This document shows, piece after piece, positions 60,201-64,000 of a stretch of 64,000 nt of DNA. Position 1 is the first letter of the stretch. Each line of letters begins with the position of its first letter. The notes beneath the pieces are model-generated. The model searched no databases. It was not told the DNA's origin and saw nothing but the letters and a program-made list of their open reading frames with translations. The position numbers and the translations under genes are program-made. Source of the stretch: Somniosus microcephalus (Eukaryota); the NCBI GenBank assembly GCA_052327205.1, contig CM126230.1:21638001-21702000 (forward strand). Direction: 5' to 3'.

Positions 60201-62152
60201 CTTCGCCCCGCGGACCCTGATCAGCCCGTGATCCCTGGCTGTGCTCTGCGCGTTCTTCTCTTGATATTTGTTGACGCCGCTCAGTCTAGAACCCGGCTGT
60301 TTCTTACCCTCTCTCTCTCCGGTTTGCAGTATTTTCCCTCGACGCCGCTCGGTGATCAAACCCCGGCTGCGCCCTGCTCTCTTCACCCTCTTTCTTACCC
60401 CGTCGACGCTGCCCAGCTCTCTCTCTCTGCCGTCGGTCGGCTCCAGCCGCCGCTGCTCGGGAAGGGTCTGCTCAGGACCTGTCGTCAGTCTCTTACTGCT
60501 TGTTGTGGCTGGGGAACCAAGCCCGGCTCTCCACAGCCTCCCCAGCGAAGTTGGATCTCTGCCTGACTGCTGGGCGGTTGCTCGCGGTCGACGCCCGTGT
60601 TCCTGGACTCGACTATTTTTTTGTTTTTTTTGTTTAATGTTGCAGGTAGATTCGCATCGACACTCGTCGCCACTGTTAGGTCCGTGGTTCAGTGGATAAA
60701 GAATTACATGGATGCTGTATATAAACAAACAACAGGTCTTTACTGGAGGAGGGTCATCTCTAGACTGGAGTACAGAGGCATGCGCACAGCTTATATACTG
60801 GTGTGGTTACTGCCGGTACTACAGTATACAGGAGCTGTAAAAAGTAGTTCTGACTTAAAGCACATACACTACAGTAGTCACTGTTGCAATGTGGGAAACA
60901 TGGCACCCAATTTGTGCACAGCAAGCTCCCACAAACAGCAATGTGATAATGAGCAGAAAATCTGCTTTTTAGCAATGTTGTTTGAGGGATAAATATTGGC
61001 CAGGACACCGGGGATAACTCCCCTGCTCTTCTTCGAAATAGTGCCACGGGATCTTTTGCATCCACCTGAGAGGGGAACCTTGATTTAACGTCTTATCTGA
61101 AAGACGGCACCTCCGACAGTACAGCACTCCCTCAGCACTGCACTGGAGTGTCAGCCTAGATTTTTGTGCTCAAGTCTCTGGAGTGGGACCTGAACCCACA
61201 ACCTTCTGACTCAGAGGCGAGAGTGCTACCCACTGAGCCACGGCTGACGTTGGGCGTGAGAGCGCTTTACTGAGAATAATTGAATTCATTGCAATAATCT
61301 GGCGGGAGAAAAGTGGACAGACTACTCCGGATATGTCATCACGTGGGCCAATTTTACAAATCACCTCTCCTGGCATGTTATCCCCATTGCAGTGCAACTC
61401 AGCTCTTGGTCAACTTTCTGTACTGCTCGTGAACACTGGGTCGATGGAGCTGGGGACCAATCTCCGACGGAAATGAGGCAGATTTGACTAGCTTTACAAC
61501 AACAACAACAACTGGTATTGATATAGCGCCTTTAAAGTAGTAAAACGTCCCAAGGCGCTTCACTGGAGCGTCATAAGATTTTTTTTAATTGACACCGAGC
61601 CACATAAGGGAAATTAGGGCAGATGACCAAAAGTAACTTTCAAAAGGGAATTGAATATATGCTTGAAAAATTAAAATGTGCAGGGCTATGGGGAAATAGC
61701 GAGGGAGTGGGACTGGTTGGATCGCACATTCAAAGAGCCAGCACAGGCATGATAGGCTGAGTGGCCTCCTTCTGTGCTGCGAGATTCTATGATTTACTAT
61801 GAATATATATATTATTACAGTAATTTATTTGTTTGCTCATCCATTGTTTGATGCATTTATTTGTCAATTAAAACCTGATATAAAGACTGTTGTTAATGCT
61901 ACTCAGTCACATGAGGCTAAAGAAATTTAAAGAAAGGTTGTCTGTTGATTATCCTGGGCATACTGTCAAAACCTCCCTAGATATCAGCACCAGTGAAGAT
62001 ACTTTTGATGATGTAGGAAGCTAAGACTGTCTAAAATATAGACACCATAATATCTAGACTAAGAAGGGCAGAAACACCCAGAAATCTGATAATATGCACC
62101 AATATTTCAAGACCTTACTCCTCCTCTGATACCTCCAGTATGTTCCCATTGT

Positions 62153-64000
62153 TCACATAAGAACATAAGAAATAAGACCAGGAGTCGGCCATACGGCCCC
62201 TCGAGCCTGCTCCGCCATTCAATAAGATCATGGCTGATCATCGACCTCAATTCCACGTTCCTGCCTAATCTCCTTATCCCTTGATTCCCCTAGAGTCCAA
62301 AAATCTGTCTATCTCAGCCTTGAATATACTCAAAGGGCTGGATTTTCATTCAACAGTCGGGAAGGAGGACTACAACTTTCGGGTTTTAGTCCCGCCTCCA
62401 TCGACGTCCGGCCAATCGACGCGATTTTCCCTTGATTGACCTTGTTGAGCCCGCCCAGCGGGCTCAGCAGGCCAATTAAGGGCCACCCGGCAACAGGTGA
62501 CGTCACAGACTGACATTTTATCTGTCAAGAGTTCTTGACAGATGAAATATCAGTGTTTCACAGCTGTTTGAAGCTGTCAAACACTGACAGTCTGACTTCT
62601 AACCTGAGTCCTTCTACACAGACTCAGTTAGAACTGTCACCGGCACTGAAAGCTGAAGGCTGGCACTTTTGACAGTTCGCAGCCATTCAGCTTTCAGTGC
62701 CGGCTGAGTGATGGACTCCTGACGCCTAGAGGAAGAAAGGCTGTTAAGGTAAGTACAGGTAATTTAAACTTCTTTACACACTTTAGACACACCAAACACA
62801 CTTACCTTTGCACTCATGCACCCATCACTCACCTGTACACCGACATCTCGACCCCTCCAAGTCCTTCAACCCGACGGCCCGCCTGCTCTAACCTGGCGTG
62901 GTTTGGAGCCGTCGGGAATCCCACACGACACCCCTCAAAATAGGGATTAGGCTAAAAACTGCCTGTTAACTACCTGTTAACAGGCAGTTAAGTGGCACTA
63001 ATCCCTTCCCGCCTCGGGTCGGCGGGTCCCAGTGCGGGGCGGGTACCCACCTCCTCTGAAACTTACGTGGAGGCGGGTTTTGGGCGGGATGGTGTCGGGA
63101 CCCCCGAATTCGGGATTTTTGCCCCCCGCACGCCTAAAAGCCCGCCTCACGGTACACTGAAAATCTGGCCCTTTAAAGACTCAGCATTCACAGCCCTCTG
63201 GGGCAGAGAATTCCAAAGAGTCACAACCCTCTGAGTGAAGAAATTCCTCCTCATCACAGTCTTAAATGGCTGACCCATTATCCTGAGACTGTGCCCCCTA
63301 GTTCTAGACTCTCCAGCCAGGGGAAACAACCTCTCAGCATCTACCCTGTCAATCCCCTTCAGAATCTTGTATGTTTCAATGAGATCACCTCTCATTCTTC
63401 TAAACTCCAGAGAGTATAGGCCCATTCTACACAATCTCTCCTCATAGGACAGCCCAGGAATCAATCTAGTGAACCTTCATTGCATCACCTCCAAGGCAAG
63501 TATATCCTTCTTTAGATAAGGAGACCAAAACTGTGCACAGTACTCCAGGTGTGGTCTCACCAAGGCCCTGTACAATTGTAGCAAGACTTCCTTACTCTTA
63601 TACTCCAATCCCCTTGCAATAAAGGCCAACATGCCATTTGCCTTCCTTATTGCTTGCTGTACCTGCATGCTAGCTTTCTGTGTTTCTTGCACGAGGACAC
63701 CCAAATCTCTCTGAACACCAACATTTGAAAGTTTCTCACCATTTAAAAAATATTCTGTTTTTCTATTCTTCCTACCAAAGTGAATAACCTCACATTTCCC
63801 TACATTATACTCCCTCTGCCACCTTACTGCCCACTCACTCAGTCTATCTATATCCCTTTGCAGACTCTTTGTGATCTCCTCACAGCTTACTGTCCCACCT
63901 AGCTTTGTATCGTCAGCAAACTTGGATACGTTACACTCGGTCCCTTCATCCAGGTCACTAAAATAGATTGTAAATAGTTGAGGCCTCAACACTGATGCAT
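62153..64000 (-). mobile_element. CR1 LINE 3' portion split by a MITE (62153-62334, 63172-64000)
   Basis: ORFs 63477-63992 and 63147-63464 RT motifs; (acataaga)n tail. Confidence 0.9.
62335..63171 (+). mobile_element. Harbinger-type MITE, hairpin-cassette family A (uninterrupted copy)
   Basis: TIRs gggctggattttca / tgaaaatctggccc; colinear with 17221-18411 once the SINE is removed. Confidence 0.85.

Larger units (their letters stand above)
55739..60873 (-). mobile_element. Ty3/Gypsy (Mag clade) LTR retrotransposon 2, full length
   Basis: 200-bp LTRs (55739-55938, 60674-60873; 4 transitions); TSD GTAGT; PBS TGGCGACGAG (60663-60672) complementary to the tRNA-Ser(GCU) 3' end; PPT aaaagggagga. 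Confidence 0.95.
55650..61228 (-). mobile_element. DeuSINE-like SINE split by LTR element 2 (parts 55650-55738 and 60874-61228)
   Basis: SINE tail before and body/head after the insertion rejoin seamlessly at GTAGT. Confidence 0.8.

Noticed and set aside
59991-60728. 245-aa ORF upstream of gag in LTR element 2
   Set aside because: It starts within the LTR, crosses the PBS and GC-rich leader repeats, and has low-complexity composition

Overview
This is repeat-dominated vertebrate DNA, almost certainly from a shark or other chondrichthyan, judged by its HE1-like V-SINEs, SacSINE1/DeuSINE-like SINEs and CR1 LINE tails. No host protein-coding exon could be supported. It holds three two-gene PIF/Harbinger transposons, each with a spliced Myb/SANT gene and a convergent DDE transposase; the first (1839-6311) looks fully intact. 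There are two full-length Mag-type Ty3/Gypsy LTR retrotransposons, two solo LTRs, many nested CR1/L2 fragments and SINEs, several Harbinger-type MITEs, a hAT MITE and two minisatellites. At least seven Penelope-type terminal repeats carry minimal hammerhead-ribozyme cores. Three observations stand out. (1) One LTR element has identical LTRs and no tRNA primer site; its PBS position is instead a perfect 14-nt complement of its own LTR poly(A)-signal region, suggesting self-priming or poly(A) occlusion, and its RT motif is YLDN. (2) A MITE family carries promoter-like motifs, four consecutive stem-loops with compensatory changes between subfamilies, and a splice donor followed by its complement. 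(3) The hammerhead-bearing short inserts have 13-16 bp TSDs, and one forms a perfect 97-bp-arm palindrome. All calls were made by eye without database searches.
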